Origin: the human T2T-CHM13v2.0 reference genome, Homo sapiens
Direction: 5' to 3' (one strand)
NCBI RefSeq assembly: GCF_009914755.1
Contig: NC_060932.1
Length of the DNA stretch: 64,000 bases
The notes under the pieces are model-generated. The model worked only from the letters and a program-made list of their open reading frames with translations, was not told where the DNA came from and made no database searches. The first letter of the stretch is position 1. Each line of letters opens with the position of its first letter. Below are positions 1 through 14,379 of the stretch, in pieces. The position numbers and the translations under genes are program-made.

Positions 1-329
1 GCTGCCTTCTTCAGATCTTTAGAGATGTCCAGTGTCTTCTGCTATCTCAATACAAGGCTAAATTACATCCCATGCTGAGTGTGTCTCTCAATCCATTACA
101 TACTCTATTTCTCTAGTTATTAAAAAATATTATGCTGTGCTCAAGTAACACAGCGATGCTTTCCAGCATCAACAATGCTTTTATAATATTTGTTTTCTCC
201 TTATGTACACAATAGATATAGAAATGTGTATGGTCAAGCTTTAGATGTTTTATGCATTTACTTTGTTCAATAGACTTTACCACCTCCAACATCTTTTTAA
301 GCATATGAGCTTTTCTAGAAAATTTGTTT
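1..329 (-). pseudogene. Putative decayed exon near the 3' part of the pseudogene
   Basis: Acceptor ctctgcag at 330-337. Open frame NKFSRKAHMLKKMLEVVKSIEQSKCIKHLKLDHTHFYIYCVHKEKTNIIKALLMLESIAVLLEHSII, then stops. Domain unclear. Confidence 0.4.
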
Positions 330-899
330 CTGCAGAGTGTTTCAAAAAATATATTAAAAATATTTTCACTTCATAATGTCAAGCAAATAAGTAAAAGAAT
401 GCACAAAATGTTTTAAAAACAGAAGTATGAAAAGTCTTCCTATCAGAACAGAGAAGATATGAAAGCAGTGCTCTCTGAATCCTCTTGTCCAGATTCCAAC
501 CTAAACTATTTTTGCTAGCACATGTATGATGATATATTGGCTTGTATTTCAACTAAAGTAGTGAGTTTTACGTATAAATTTTACAAATATTTACAGCAAA
601 TATTTGGAGAGTGAGCATTCATACAGTGAGGGATACCTGAACTTCTCTCTTCAATTTATTCTGTGAGCTGTCAAAAGACCGTATTTCTAACATAAATACT
701 ATTCTAATTAATCAGTTCCCTTCTTTTGAAACACTGATACTTCCCAACATTTTATGAAAAAAAAATCTGAACCATTAACATGTCATTCAAGTCCATTCAT
801 CATCTGATTCCAACCTACCTTTCCAGCCCTATCCTAACCTCTTCCAATTATAAGCTTACACTCAAACCATACAAATCTACTTGTGGTTATTCAGACAAA

Positions 900-2390
900 T
901 AGTCATAAAACGAGTTCCTCTGTTTGGAATGTCTTTCTCTATTTGTATGGTACACATATCTTCTCTTTTCTCAACTTTCTAATGCCTCCTTTTCCACCCC
1001 CACATTCCATTGATAACTTTGCTTTCTACTTTTCTAAGACAATTAAAACCATCAGAAGAGAACCGACACCAACTCTCACCACAACTATTACCCCTTAGTA
1101 TCTCTACCTATAAACCCTGCCTTACTTTGTGTAACTATAAATAAACTGTTTCTGCTTCTATCAAAAAATAGCCCCTGTATGCCTGTGCAAGATCCTTACT
1201 GGCCCAAGGACATCACTCCAGCAATGCTTCCCTCTCTCCCTCAGCATCAAATTTCTCCTCTGCTGAATCACTCCCAACAGGGTATAAACAAGGTATTATT
1301 TCTCCCATCTGGGAAAACAAATTCCTCTCTTAGCTTTACTTCATCCTCTGGCTTCCACATCATTTTTCTGCTCCTCTTTGTAGCAAAACTCCAGAAAAAG
1401 TGCTTTATTCTCCATATCTCTAATTCGTCTCCCCTCATTCTCTCCTACTTCCATTCCAATCAGGTTTTTCACCAATGTCATGCTATGAAAGCTGCTTTGG
1501 TAAAGGTCAATAGTGACCTCCACATTGCAAAGTCCAGAGGTCAAACTCAGTTCTCATGATGCATGGCCCATCAGAAGCATTTGACATTACTGATCACATT
1601 CACTTCCTGGAAATACTTTCTTCATTTGGACTCTAGAGGATCACACTGTTGGCTTTCCTTTTACCTGATGACCCCATCTTCTTAGATCCTGCTGCTATTT
1701 CTACCTCTATACAATCTCAAAATTCTTAATGTTGGTTCCTCAGAACTTAATTTATGGACATCTTCCCTATCAATACTTACTTATTTGATAATAGCATTCA
1801 GTCTCATGGCTTTAAATACCATTTGATGACTCCAAAAGTTTTATCTCCAGCTGGACCTCTCTCCTAAAATCCAAACCTGAATGCCCAACTACCTATTTGA
1901 TATAGTCACCTAGAGGTCTAGGAGACATTTCAAACCTAATATGTTTAAAGCTGAAGTCTTAATTTATCCCCTGAAACCTGATATATTCAGCCTTTCTCTT
2001 TTCAGTTGATGGAACACCATCCTTCTAGTGGCTTAGATCAAAATATTGGAACCATCCCAAATCCTTTCTTTCCCTCAAAATTGCATCTAATTCGTTAGGA
2101 ATTTATTTACAATGTATTAAGAATCCAGCCACTTCACAGCATCTACACTGATTTCAGTCTGGTCCAAGCTGCCATCATTTACTGCCTCCTAACTGGTGAC
2201 CCTGCTCTCACCCTTACGCCCCAAACCTGCTCTTCAACACAACAGCTGCAGTCATCCTGTTAATAGCTGAATAAATCAAGCAGCCCTAACATTTGGGGCA
2301 TACACTCCTCATGTGAAAAGCTTTTAATGTTTCCACTTCTCTCAGAGTAAAATAAAAAAATCTGTTTAACAACCTGTAGAGTTTTATATC
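900..2390 (+). mobile_element. LINE-2 ORF2/3' fragment
   Basis: Encodes the L2 RT motif AALVKVNSDLHIAKS (1486-1535), followed by typical L2 3' sequence. Confidence 0.85.
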
Positions 2391-2429
2391 AGTGATTCTC
2401 CAACTTTACTATGCATAAGAATCACCTGA

Positions 2430-5280
2430 TGTGGCAGTTGTACAGGTGAATCACTCAGATCTTCCTTCCAGAAAAACAAAACAATAATAAGCTGAAAGGA
2501 GGATAGTTAGATGATAGCCTTCACCTGCAGACGCTTTGAGTCAGCCTGAGCTTTCAAGGCAAGTCTCTGGCTTCCTAGGTTGCCTTCAACCAAAGACCAA
2601 CCATGGAGAGGCTACTAGCAACTGGTCTTTTCTCCCCAGCATGGACGCCTCTAACAGGCAATCTCCACCCAGAACTTTGACAGAGACCTTGTCTGAGGCT
2701 CTCTCTACACAATCCTGCTTTAATCTCCTTTTCTTTCAGATTTCAGATCTGGATCATGGTCTGAAGTCTTCTTCTACCTAATTTTGCTTCTTCCCCCTGT
2801 GTCTCTCACAGACATACCTTCCAAGGAATGGCTTGCACTTCCAACTTCCTCAATCCTGAAAGATCAGAATTTGTCAGAGTTGGTACCGAGAATGGTTTGA
2901 GAATATGATTTGGACACTTACCACCCAGACGCCTATAATTAAAGAATGCCAGTAGTCAGGGATTTACCCAGACATCCTCTGCAAAATGCAAATTGTCATA
3001 ATGTGCATCTCCAATAACAAAGAAGAAAACTTTTAGAATCTAGGAAAAACACATTCCACCCTTAGGAATATTTATCTGGCCTATACACTGATTGATATGA
3101 AAAGTAGCCAGTTTTGAGGGGTCCAGAATACAAAAGGACTCTGCAGCAGGTCCAGGCTGCAGTTCAAGCAGCCCTAACACTTGGGCCACACAATTCAACA
3201 GGCCTTTTATGTTTGGAGGTGTCAATGGTGGAAATGTTGCAGTATAGAGGTTATGGCAAGGATAAGTGGGAGTACCACAATGCAGGCCCCTGAGGTTATA
3301 GAGCAAGGTCATGCTAAGGTAAGGGGGAGTTATTTGCCTTTTGTCGGACAGCCTCTAGTGTATTTTAGTTGGCCCAGGGAGAGATGGTATACTTGACCAA
3401 GGGATAACAAGTGACCATGCATCCAAACTTCCCATTAAGAGCTGAGTTCTATTGGAGCCATCAAGTCATAAAATCAAATAGGCCCAGCAGCAATCCATGT
3501 TAAGGTTAAAAGGATAGTTATATACAGGAGTAAACACTAGTAAGACCAGAGGGCATAAGTAAACTGTGTGATCAGGCATCCCAGACCCCCACATCACCAT
3601 GATGCTGCTGTGGAAGCTCACACTAATGGAACTATGGGGCAGGGAGAGGAGTTCTACAAAACCCTCAAAAGGGAAGGAAACAGACTGAGCTCGGTTTACA
3701 CATAATTTTATATATGAATGCAACCCAAAATTAAATGGCTACACTACAGCCACACTTAGTGATGGCTATGAAAGATACTAGAGAAGAAAATATTCCTGCT
3801 GGGCAGAAGCATAAGCAATAAGCCTGATTTACCCACTCTTAATGAAAGAGAAATGGCCTAAGGTAGCCTAGGTGAGAATATATATTAATATAAAGTCAAT
3901 GACTGGCAGTGGTAAACAGCTTGACAGGCTGGTCAGCGGTCTGGAAGAAAACAGAGTGGAAATTTGGAGACAAAAATTCAGGATATTATCTAAAATATAA
4001 AATCTCAACAATAAGAAAATAGCTCAACTAAAACAATGAAGAAGGTCTTAACAGACACCTCACCCAGGAAGGTATACAGATTGCAAATAAGCTTATGAAA
4101 AGATGCTCCACATCATATGTCATCAGGGAAATAAAAAAAAATTTAAATGAGATAACCACTATATACTTTTTAGAATGGCTGAAATTCAAAACACTGACAA
4201 CACAAATGTGGCAAGGATATGGAGCAACAGAAACTCTCATTTATTACTGGTGGGAATGCAAAATGGTATAGCTACTTTGTAAGGTAGTTTGGTGATTTCT
4301 TACAAAATTAAACATATTCTTATATGATCCAGCAACTGTGGTCCTTGGTATTTACTCAAAAGAGTTGAAAACTTAGGTCCACACAAAAATCTGTACATGG
4401 ATTTTCATAGCAATTTTATTCATCATTGCCAAAACTTAGAAGCAAGCAAGATGTCCTTCAGTAGATGAATAAATAAACTATGGTACATCCAGAAAATTGA
4501 ATATTATTCAGAGCTAAAAAGAAATATGCTATCAAGCCACAAAAAACCATGGAAGAAACTTAAATGTATATTACTAAGTGAAAAAAGCCAATCTGAAAAG
4601 AATCAGTGGTTTCCAGGAGCCGGAAAGTAGGGAGGTATAAGGTAAAATTATTCTATATGATACTATTAATGGTGGATCTATGTCATTATTCATTTGCCAA
4701 AGCCCATAGAGTGTACAACACCAAGAGTGAAACCTAATGTAAATTATGGACTTTGGGTGATAATGATGTGTCAATGTAGGCTAATCAATTGTAACAAATG
4801 TACCATTCTGATGTGGAATGTTGGTAACGGGGAAGGCTGTGCATGTGTGATGACAGGGGGCATATGAGAAATCTCTGGACCTTCTGCTCAATTTTGGTGT
4901 CAACCTAAAACAGCTCTAAAAAAAAATAGTCTGCTTAAAAGAAAAGAATTCAGGGCCAGAAACATGAGCATGTATGTATGGGAATGAGCACCATGTCTAA
5001 AGATCCTTGTATCACATGTTAACACCTGCCAGAAAGCATCCACCATTGAGGAAACACCAAGTAACTAAGCAGAAAAAAGCATCTCAGCCTCTTGACTTTG
5101 GCCCATGTCATCAGCCATCCCTGAACCATGTGGTTACATAAAGAGCATGTCTACAGCAGTAGAGATGAAGACTATACATGGACTTCTCTTTATCAATGCC
5201 TTTGAATGTCTAACCCATAGCAACAGAACCTGAAAATGTACCCCTAATAAGACACTATTCCTTGAGGAAACTAAATTGGA
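2430..5280 (+). mobile_element. ERVL-class provirus remnant (LTR16-like LTR ~2430-2878, then internal pol fragments), interrupted by L1MC
   Basis: LTR-like segment followed by ttggtaccgagaatgg (ERVL PBS-like). Pol remnant LQQVQAAVQAALTLGP near 3140-3187. Confidence 0.7.
3980..4945 (+). mobile_element. L1MC-type LINE-1 3' end
   Basis: L1 ORF2 C-terminal and 3'UTR sequence (aacagacacctcaccc..., gtgtacaacaccaagagtgaaacctaatg...) ending A-rich. Confidence 0.85.
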
Positions 5281-5779
5281 CCACTGTGAATCTCATGTCT
5301 GCTATGAATCTGGCTGCATCTGACTCATGAGATTAATGTCTGTATTCCCTTGCTTCTTTCCAAGTCTTATATGAATGCCTTTTATCACAAAACTCTAGCC
5401 AGAAACCAATTGAAGAAAGGGATAAGGGAGATGTCCCTATCTTCTCTTCTGTGTTACATATGAGACCTTAGAAGAAGGTGGTGGTGAGGCCAAGTTAACA
5501 ACAGACATCAGAATACAGATCAACCCTAGTCACCCTGGCGTATATACACACCCCTACTGCCATAATTTAACTTCCAAGTTAAGACAGTAATGATATGTAA
5601 AGATAAGAATGTCAATGGGTGACCTTATATTAATCTTTAAGTAAGGCATCAGCATCAAAGAGGAAAAAGGGAGAAACTTGATCTAGGCAAAATAAATAAT
5701 TTATCTATCAGAGAGGGAGTTATAGATTTCCTTGTGTATGTGATGGCAGAGTGGTATTTATCTTTAGGAAAAGTAAGAG

Positions 5780-6050
5780 ACCGTAATAGTTAAAAACATG
5801 TACTCAGAAGCCACATGTTTACATTTGAATCTTCTCTGTATTTGATCTTATATTTCCTTCTTACTAGCATGTGCCACTGGGCAAGTTACTTAGGCTTTTG
5901 ATGCCTCATTACCCTTCTTTTTTAAAAAAATGGAGATTTTAACAGTACTTACGTCAAAGAGTGATGATTAAACATATACATACATGTTAAAGCACCTAAG
6001 TCAGTGTTTACTATATGGTGAGCACTCTGTAGTTGAGCTGTTACTATTCC
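5780..6050 (+). mobile_element. MIR SINE
   Basis: MIR core (gggcaagttactta...gcctca...aaaatggagat...). Confidence 0.8.
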
Positions 6051-6248
6051 TGTCTTAAGGACAGTTGCAGGAAAAAGAATTATCAAATGGCCTCTCATTA
6101 TTTCTTCCCATACAAAATGTCAAAGATTTTGTGATTTAAAGGTTGTCGGACTTACCCAGTTCTAAAAATGTCCCCACCTGTCCCAGTTCATTTTCATCTT
6201 CACTGCTCACTGCAAGGAACACAGTGCTCTTAGAAGTGTATAGACATC

Positions 6249-6347
6249 TGCAGCACACTAACATGGCACACGCATACATATGTAACAAACCTGCATGTTG
6301 TGCATATGTACCCTAGAGCTTAAAGTGTAATAATAATAATAATAAAT
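6249..6347 (+). mobile_element. Extremely 5'-truncated L1PA 3' end (~100 bp)
   Basis: L1PA terminal sequence with (TAA)n tail. 15-bp TSD aagtgtat(a/g)gacatc at 6234-6248 and 6348-6362. Confidence 0.9.
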
Positions 6348-8974
6348 AAGTGTATGGACATCATTGGCCCATGATCTTCTCCCCCTACCATCTCTCTGTC
6401 CTTCATTCTATATGGTCCAGTCATCTTCAAATCAACCTACCTTATTCTTTGAAATGGAAGAGAAAGGAGAGACTTTTTGAGGTTATTTCTTAACCTTTCC
6501 TAGACGGCGGCTCTGATTTGGTTCAGAATAATCATACTCCACGGATGGAAATTCAAAAGGCTTGCATGCAATGCCAGCATTCCAATTTGGACCCCAGGGG
6601 ATCAGAAGTTCCATAGTTACACAAACTCAGCCCTTTGCTCCCTCGCATTACTATCGCACATCAGATTGTAAACTCTTTTAAGGACACAGCTTGTCTTTCA
6701 TCCAACTATTTTTCCTAACATCTGGCACAATGCTTTGCTCAGTGAAAGATTGTTAAATTGTAATAAATAGAATAAAATGAAACTTAATGATTTCCAAAAC
6801 TCATGAATAGCTTGATCATCTAGCAATGAGATTATTTTCTAGGATTTTTTAAAATTAGAATGACATTTATTATTTTAATATAGAAAAAACTGTAATAAAA
6901 AATATAATGCCACAACCCAGAAATCGCCATGTTGTTATTTATGTTACATTTAATTTTAATATTTTGATGCTTTTTTTTCTCTTTAGAGACAATATCCTTT
7001 TTCTTTTGGCGTTCTGTAGAGTTTTTTAACTGAATTTATTTTCTATTATTTACCTTAAGAAAAAATACTGGTATTTTTTTCTTACAACTTAATGGTATTT
7101 ATTTCAGAGTTATTATATAACAAAGGTTTTTTTATAAACACTGCTGGGTTAAACCTTATGATCAGTCTGAGGGCTCAGAGTGACTGGGCTATAGTTTTCA
7201 GTGGAAAAAAAAAAGAAGAAGAAAAGTAAAGAAAAAAGAAAAGGATAGTTCTCTTTATAAAAATCCAGCACTTTAAGACACATATGGATGGATGGATGGC
7301 TTTCCCTGCCTTCCCTTCTAACCAATTTCTGAACCGCGTATCTTGGGTGTTCCTGGTGCCCTAGTTCACACGTCTCATTCTGGACAGATTTGAAAGTTCT
7401 GCTTTGTGTTGATCTAGATTCTCTTTCTCTCCGTATTCCTGCTTTTGATCCCCAGGCTAAAATTCGGAATCCTGTTCAGATACCCTAGGCATTGAGTGTG
7501 GGTCAGCCTGATTCTCTGCTTTGTCATGACCTTTTCACCACTGGCAATTATAAATGTTCTCATTTTACCACATGGATTATATAAAATATCAGATTAAATC
7601 AGAGGGCTTGACTATTTTAGTGAAAGCTGCAATACTGGTACCACACATTGATAACTTTACAGCAAGTATCCTAGATAAACACAACTGTAATGATTATCTC
7701 ATTTCTAGCAGCTTGTTCAAAAAGTATTAATAAGGCTAACATCACTTGGAGAATATTCGTAACTGTAATAATGAGGAAGTAACATAGAAAATATCAAAAA
7801 TACTGAAATGGTAGTAAAAAGACTTGAGTTCTAATCTCAAGTATGCCAATAATTAGTTTTTGGTGACTTAAATTGTGTTCACGTGTTCAATTATTCATTT
7901 ATTCAATAATGACTGACACTTTGTCAAAACATTAGTTCTCTATGTTATTCCTAGGCATCATGCTAGGTGTTAAAGATACAAAGATTAACAAGATGAAATT
8001 ATTGATCACAAGCTATTCACAGTTGTTTATTCAATCCCAACCAGATAAATAAAACAAACATTAACAAACATTGTGATATTTATTATAGACGTGTATATAG
8101 GACACAAAGGAAGGTTGAGAGTCAAAGACATTTTAAAGGAACTGGTATTTTTGTAACACTAGATCTTTCACTATCTGTTTCCTTATCTCAGGAGATTTCA
8201 TTATCTCTAAGTTTCTTCTCAGTTCTGATAGTCTAGAGAGCAATATGTGACATTTACCAGCCAGGAACTAGTTTAAATATCCCAAGTATGTGGGGATTAA
8301 TCATGCCTCCAAATTTTTCCAAAGATCTCACTATATTGGACAAACTGACTTATTTATCATTATTTTCTTAGGTTATTGATTTGAAAAGATACATATAGAA
8401 AGAGTAGTCTTTGGTAGAAGAATTTAGGAAAAGATGAAAGAGTGTCATGTCATGGGACTCATTTTCCCCATGGCCAAGTCTTTCCTCCTGGTATATATCT
8501 CTGTCTCTGGTTACCCGATTCTGTATCTATATCTGTCTGATCTTGAACATCTAGTAAACATCTTAGCGACTGTGTTTTATCATCTGCAGAATGTCCACCA
8601 CAATGTCTATGGAGCTTACGTCAGATATGAGATATGTGAAAACCTTAAAATGTATTATACTTTTAACGTACTCTAATGGTATTTTTTGCATTCTAAAATT
8701 CTCAAGGGTTATGCAGATATGACTGACTCTTCATAACAAGACTGGCATTGTTTTCTATGAACACTTGCTGCTCTCTTCTCACATTGGACAATCAAGACTA
8801 AGTATTTTGAATCTCTAGACACTGTCTTAATAATCATTGAATTCCAGCACTTGGCGCAGTGACTAGGACAGGAAAGATGCTTGATAAATGTGTATTGAAT
8901 TAATGAGACATGAGAGATACATTCATAGACATCTGGCAAGAAGCAGAACTGGTCAAAAGGAAGGAAAGTCATTC

Positions 8975-9163
8975 ATATATTATCATGTGCCACAGAAGGC
9001 ATTTCCAGAAAGGATTGCTTTTTCTTATTGATGGAATTGCAGTCCCAACCACACAAGTCCAGCCATGTTGTAAATTAAAAAGGTTCACGTGATTTAGCTT
9101 TGGGTCTTAAGTATCATGGATATTTCTATGGGAACATGCTCTTGGTTCAAACCATTACATAAT
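8975..9163 (-). pseudogene. Decayed death-domain-like exon
   Basis: Acceptor gcttcatag. RLCNGLNQEHVPIEISMI... and, after a frameshift, FTTWLDLCGWDCNSINKKKQSFLEM. Confidence 0.45.
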
Positions 9164-9214
9164 CTATGAAGCACAGTTCATCTGTTAGTTGAGGGCTGAC
9201 TATATGCTTTTTCC

Positions 9215-12050
9215 TCTTAATAAATGTTATTTTTAGATAGGTTTTAGGTTCAGAGGCATATTGAGTGAAAAGTACAAAGAGTTTCTATTTACCTCTTACC
9301 CCTACCCAAATGTATAGCCTCCTCCATTATAAAGATCCCTACACCAGAGTAGTATAATACATTTGTTTTCATTAATGAACCTCCATTGGCACGTGATTAT
9401 CACTTAGAGTCCATAATTTACATTGGTTTTGTACATTATAGGCTTTGACAAATATATAGTGGAAGGCTTCCATCATTATAGTATCATACAGAATAGTTTC
9501 ACTGCCCTAAAAATTTTCTGTGCTTCACTGATTCATCCTTTCTCACCTTCTAATCCCTGGCAACCACTCTCTCCATAGTTTTGCCATTTTCAGAATGTCA
9601 CGGAGTTGGAATCATACAGTATGTAGCTTTTTCAGCTTGGCTTTTTTTTTTTTTCACTTTCTTATAAGCAGTTAAGATCCCTCTGTGTCTTTTATGGGTT
9701 GAGAATTCAGTTCTTTTTAGTGGTGAATAATATTCTAGTGTCTGGATGTACCACCGTTTATTTATTCATTCATCTACCAAGGGACATCTTGCTTGCTCCC
9801 AAGTTAGGACAATCATAAATAAAACTGTTATAAGCATCCATGTGCAGGTTTTGCTGTGGATGTAAGTTTTCAGCCCCTTTCGGTAAATACTAAGGGATAT
9901 GACTGCTGGATTGCAGGGCAAAAGTATGTTTAGTTTTGTAAGAAACTGCCAAACTGTCTTCCAGAGTGACTATACTATTGTATATTCTCATTGACAATGA
10001 ATAAGTGTTCCTGTTGCTTCACATTGTCTCCAGCATGTGTTGTTGTTGTCAGTGTTTTGTCTTTCACCATTCTAACAGGTGTGCGATGGTGGCTTATTGT
10101 CGTTTTAATTTGCAATTCCCTAGTGGTATATGATGTGGATCTTTTCATGTGATTATATGCCATTTGTCTGTCATCTCCAGTGAGGTGTCTGTTCAGGTCT
10201 TTGGCCCATTTTTTTTAAATCAAATTGTTTGTTTCTTTATGCTGAGTTGTAAGAGTTCATTATCCATTTTGGGTAACAGTCTTTTGTCAGATAACTCTTT
10301 TGTAAATATTTTCTCTCATTATGTGGCTTATCTTTTCATTCTCTTGGCATTGTCTTTCTCAGAGCAGAAGTTTTTAATTTTAATAAAGGCCAGCTTATCA
10401 ATTATTTCTTTTGTAGATCATTGCTTAAGTGTTCTATCTAAAAAGTCACTCCCAAGCTCAAGGTCATCTAGATTTTCCCCTATGTTATTTTCCAGGAGAT
10501 TAGTATTTTTGCATTTTACATTTAGGGCTGTCATTCATTTTGAATTAATTTTGTGAAGGGTGTAAGCTCTGTGTCTAGATTTTTTTTTTTTTGCATATGG
10601 ATGACCAGTTGTGCCAGTACCATTTGTTGAAAAGAGTCTTTTCTTCATTGCTCCATTTTCTCCTTGCTTCTTTGTCAAAGATTAGTTGACTATATTTGTG
10701 TGAGTCGGCCTATGAGCTCTGTATAGTGATGTATCACTTAATGACTGGGATTTGTTCTGAAGAATGCATTGTCAGGTGATTTCATTATTGTACAAACATC
10801 ATGAAGTATACTTACAGAAATCTAGATGATACATATTCTTATACTTTTTTTTCTTAAGGAAAACCAAATGTCCCAGCACCATTCCTCTGAATACTAATCA
10901 TTTCCCCTAGTTAACCTGTAATGCCAATATCAAGTGCTGTAAGTCAGGTTTCTATATATGATTCATTGTAAACCTACGGGACCACTGTTGTATATACAGC
11001 CTGTCATTGAACAAAATAGTGTTATATGGTACATGACTGTATACTGTTGTCTTGATACATCTATTTTTTCACCAAAATTACTTTGTCTTGATTACTGTAG
11101 CTTTATAGTAAGTCTTGAGGTTAGATAGTGTTAATCCTCCAACTTCACTCTTCTTCAATATTGTGTTGGCTTTTCTGGGTCTTTTACCTCTCCATATAAA
11201 GTTTAGATTTATTGACAAAATAAATCTACAAAATATCTACAAAATAACTTTCTGGAATTATTATTAGAATTGCACAGGATCTACAGATCCTGTTAGGAAG
11301 AACTGACATCTTGGAAATATTAAGTCTTCCTATCCATGAAAATGGAATATCACTTTATTTATTTACTGTTTCTTTGATTTCTTTCATAAGAGTTTTGTAG
11401 TTTCCCTCATACAGATCTTGTACATATATTATTAGATTGTTATCTAAGTATGTTATTTTGGGGGTTGATCATGTAAATGGTATTGTGTTTTTAATTTCAG
11501 AATTCAGTTGTTCATTGCTTATATACAGAAAAGTGATTGACTTTTGTATATTAACCTTGTATCATACAACCTTGCTATTATCACTGCTCAGTTCCAGGAA
11601 GTCTAGGGTATGTTCGTGTCTGTGTGTGTATATATTCTCTTTGCTGATTCTTTCAGATTTTCTAGATACATGATGACATCATCTGTGAACAAAGATAGTT
11701 TTATTTCTTCCTTCCCAATCAGTATACCTTTAATTTCCTTTTCTTGTCTTACAGCATTAGCTTTCAGCACAGTATTTAAAAGTAGTAGTAAGAGGCATCA
11801 TGCTAGCCTTGTTTCTGATCTTAACAGGAAAGCTTTCAGTTTCTCACCATTTAGTATAATATTAACTGTAGAGTTTTATAAATATTCTATAGTCAAGTTG
11901 AGGAAGTTCCCCTCTATTCTTAATTTGCTGAATTTTTAATCATTAATGGCTGTTAAAACTTGTCAAACGTTTTTCTGCATCTATCGATATGATCATGTAA
12001 TTTTTCTTCTCTAGTCTTTTGATGTGGTGGATTACATTAATTGATATTTG
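9215..12050 (-). mobile_element. L1MC-type LINE-1 (3' ~2.5 kb)
   Basis: Antisense L1 3'UTR and ORF2; the ORF at 9975-10163 resembles the L1 ORF2 C-terminus (HMKRS...RELQIKTT). Confidence 0.9.
10722..11041. mobile_element. Tigger3-family (TcMar) DNA transposon nested in L1
   Basis: Degenerate TIRs (tagtgatgtatcacttaatgac ... gttatatggtacatgactg) flanked by TA. Confidence 0.75.
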
Positions 12051-12749
12051 ATGAATATATTTGCATCATTCTTAATTTTTATGGCACACAGGAGAAGCCT
12101 TGGAGGACAAGGGTAGGTAAATTCTCATATGTCCTTGATATGCCTCATTGCAGAAATATCTTTTCTCATAAATTGAGAGAGAAGCTCTTTCAAGCAGAAA
12201 GAAATTATGAGAGGAGTGACTCGTAAGTATGAAGGCCATGGATAATTGATTCATCACATCATTTTTAGGTCACACACAAAAAATCAATCCAATTTAAAAT
12301 TAAGAAGTTAAAAACCATTGTTTTGTATCACATAGACAAAAAACATTATCTGCTTATTAAAATTTTTACTTTCAACCAGTTGTGATAAGACAAAGCTTCC
12401 ATCTTAAAAATAATACACAAGTTTCCATTAAAATGCACAATAAGCAAGATTATAATTTGTTAGAATTCAATCTTAGAGAAGAACTAAGCAAAGGGACCAG
12501 ATAAAGAATAAGGAACTCTGGGGTCTAAAGCTGATAAGTTGTCTTCAAGCAAATCACTTCACTACAATGGAATCCATATTTTTATCTAGAAGTCATTGTG
12601 AGATAAATAAATAAACAAAAGTTAACTAGCTAAATTTTTTAAAATCTTATCAAAAAATTTATTTTAAAATAATATATTATGATAAAATAATGGTGGATCC
12701 CTAAAACATGCCTTTTATTTATTATCAGAATATTTGTGATGTAATCCTT

Positions 12750-14300
12750 CACATTAATGGGCTAACTAGCAAAGACTGCATGATTTTATATATATATATA
12801 CATAAAAACAAATTTTTTATTAAGTTCAATACCAATACATAATTTAAAATAAACTCTTTCAGAAAACTAAGAATAGAAAAAGACATTCTTAATCTGATAG
12901 AGGCTAAATATAAAAAACCTACCATAGAAAAGGAGGCATCCAACACTTGCCTCTTCCAGAAAGAAAAACCAAAATTATGAACAATCACTGCTAGAATAGA
13001 ACTTGTAAGAGAGAACACTGAAATTAAGCAGAGAAATCCAAAACCCGAACAGACTAATAACAAGTAATGAGATAGATGCAGTAATAAAGAGTCTTCCAGC
13101 ACAGAAAAGCCCACGACCTGATAGCTTCGCTACTGAATTTTACCAAACATTTAAAGAAGAACTAATGTACCCCATAAATATACACATCTTCTATGTACCC
13201 ATAAAAATTTTTTAAGTGCTTGGGGACAATCTTTAAAGGAAAGGAAAGAGATATGAGAATAACTGCAATGTATGATCTTTAATTGGATAGTGGGTTTAAC
13301 AAAAACAATATTAAGGACACTATTTTTATTATTTTGTTATTCTTATTGTTATAAGAAACGTGAATATGAAATGCATGTAACAACATAACACCAATGTCAA
13401 ATTTCCTGAGTGTGATAAATATATTATGTTTAAAAAAAAACCATAGTGTTAATGTCAAAAATATTCAAGGAATTCTTGCAAATGTACTTTAAAACCTCGT
13501 AAGCTAAGTTGAAAAAATGGGTAAAGGAAACAAATAAGCAATTCACAGACAATGAAACCTAAAACACCACCAAGCATATAAGATGCCTAAAATACAAGTA
13601 ATAAAAAATCTCAGACTAACATTAAACTATAACACTTTATACACTTTATACCCATTATGTTGGCAAAAATTAGGAAGAGAGTAATGCTACATTTGGCATG
13701 AATATGGGAAAAAGGTAATGCACCTGCAGTTAGAAGTATAGACTTGCAGTCATTCCAGAAAGCACTTTGAAGTATTTAATGAAATCAAACATTAGTAAAT
13801 CCTAGAAACCCCCTCTTTAATATGTATCCCAGAAACAACTGTTCATAGATCTATAAGGATGCATAGCTAACAATGTTCATCGGGGCATTATGTATGGAAG
13901 TGGGGAGTTTATGACAATCTAGGTATGCATCTATGAATGGATGGGTAGGCAGAAAACGGGGAGTGTGTTCAGTGTTTTACTAAGCAGCTGTCAGAAGCAA
14001 CACAGGATACAAACACACAAAACATAATGTTGATGGGAAAAGAACTACAAATAATGAGATATAAAGTACCTGTACTTATGCAAATTAAAAACACATGTAA
14101 GCATAAAATAATGACATAATTTTTTCAAAGAATCATACATCTTTAAATACATAGAGTGAGTACCCAATCATGGGAAAGGGAGAATGGAGAGAGATGGGTG
14201 ATAAAGGGGAAAATACTCAAGAGGACATCAAGACGAAGTATCATTGAACCACTAGGAAATATAATTAACAGGACACTCGATATTTGAAGTCTAAAAGAAA
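12750..14300 (+). mobile_element. Old LINE-1 fragments (L1M/L1ME)
   Basis: ORF2 remnant KSPRPDSFATEFYQTFKEEL at ~13105-13165, followed by degraded L1ME 3' sequence. Confidence 0.65.
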
Positions 14301-14379
14301 GAAAAAAAATAAAATAAAAAATAAAATCGGGGTAAGACTAGATCATCTTTAAAGTTACTTCTCACTCTAATATTCTGGT

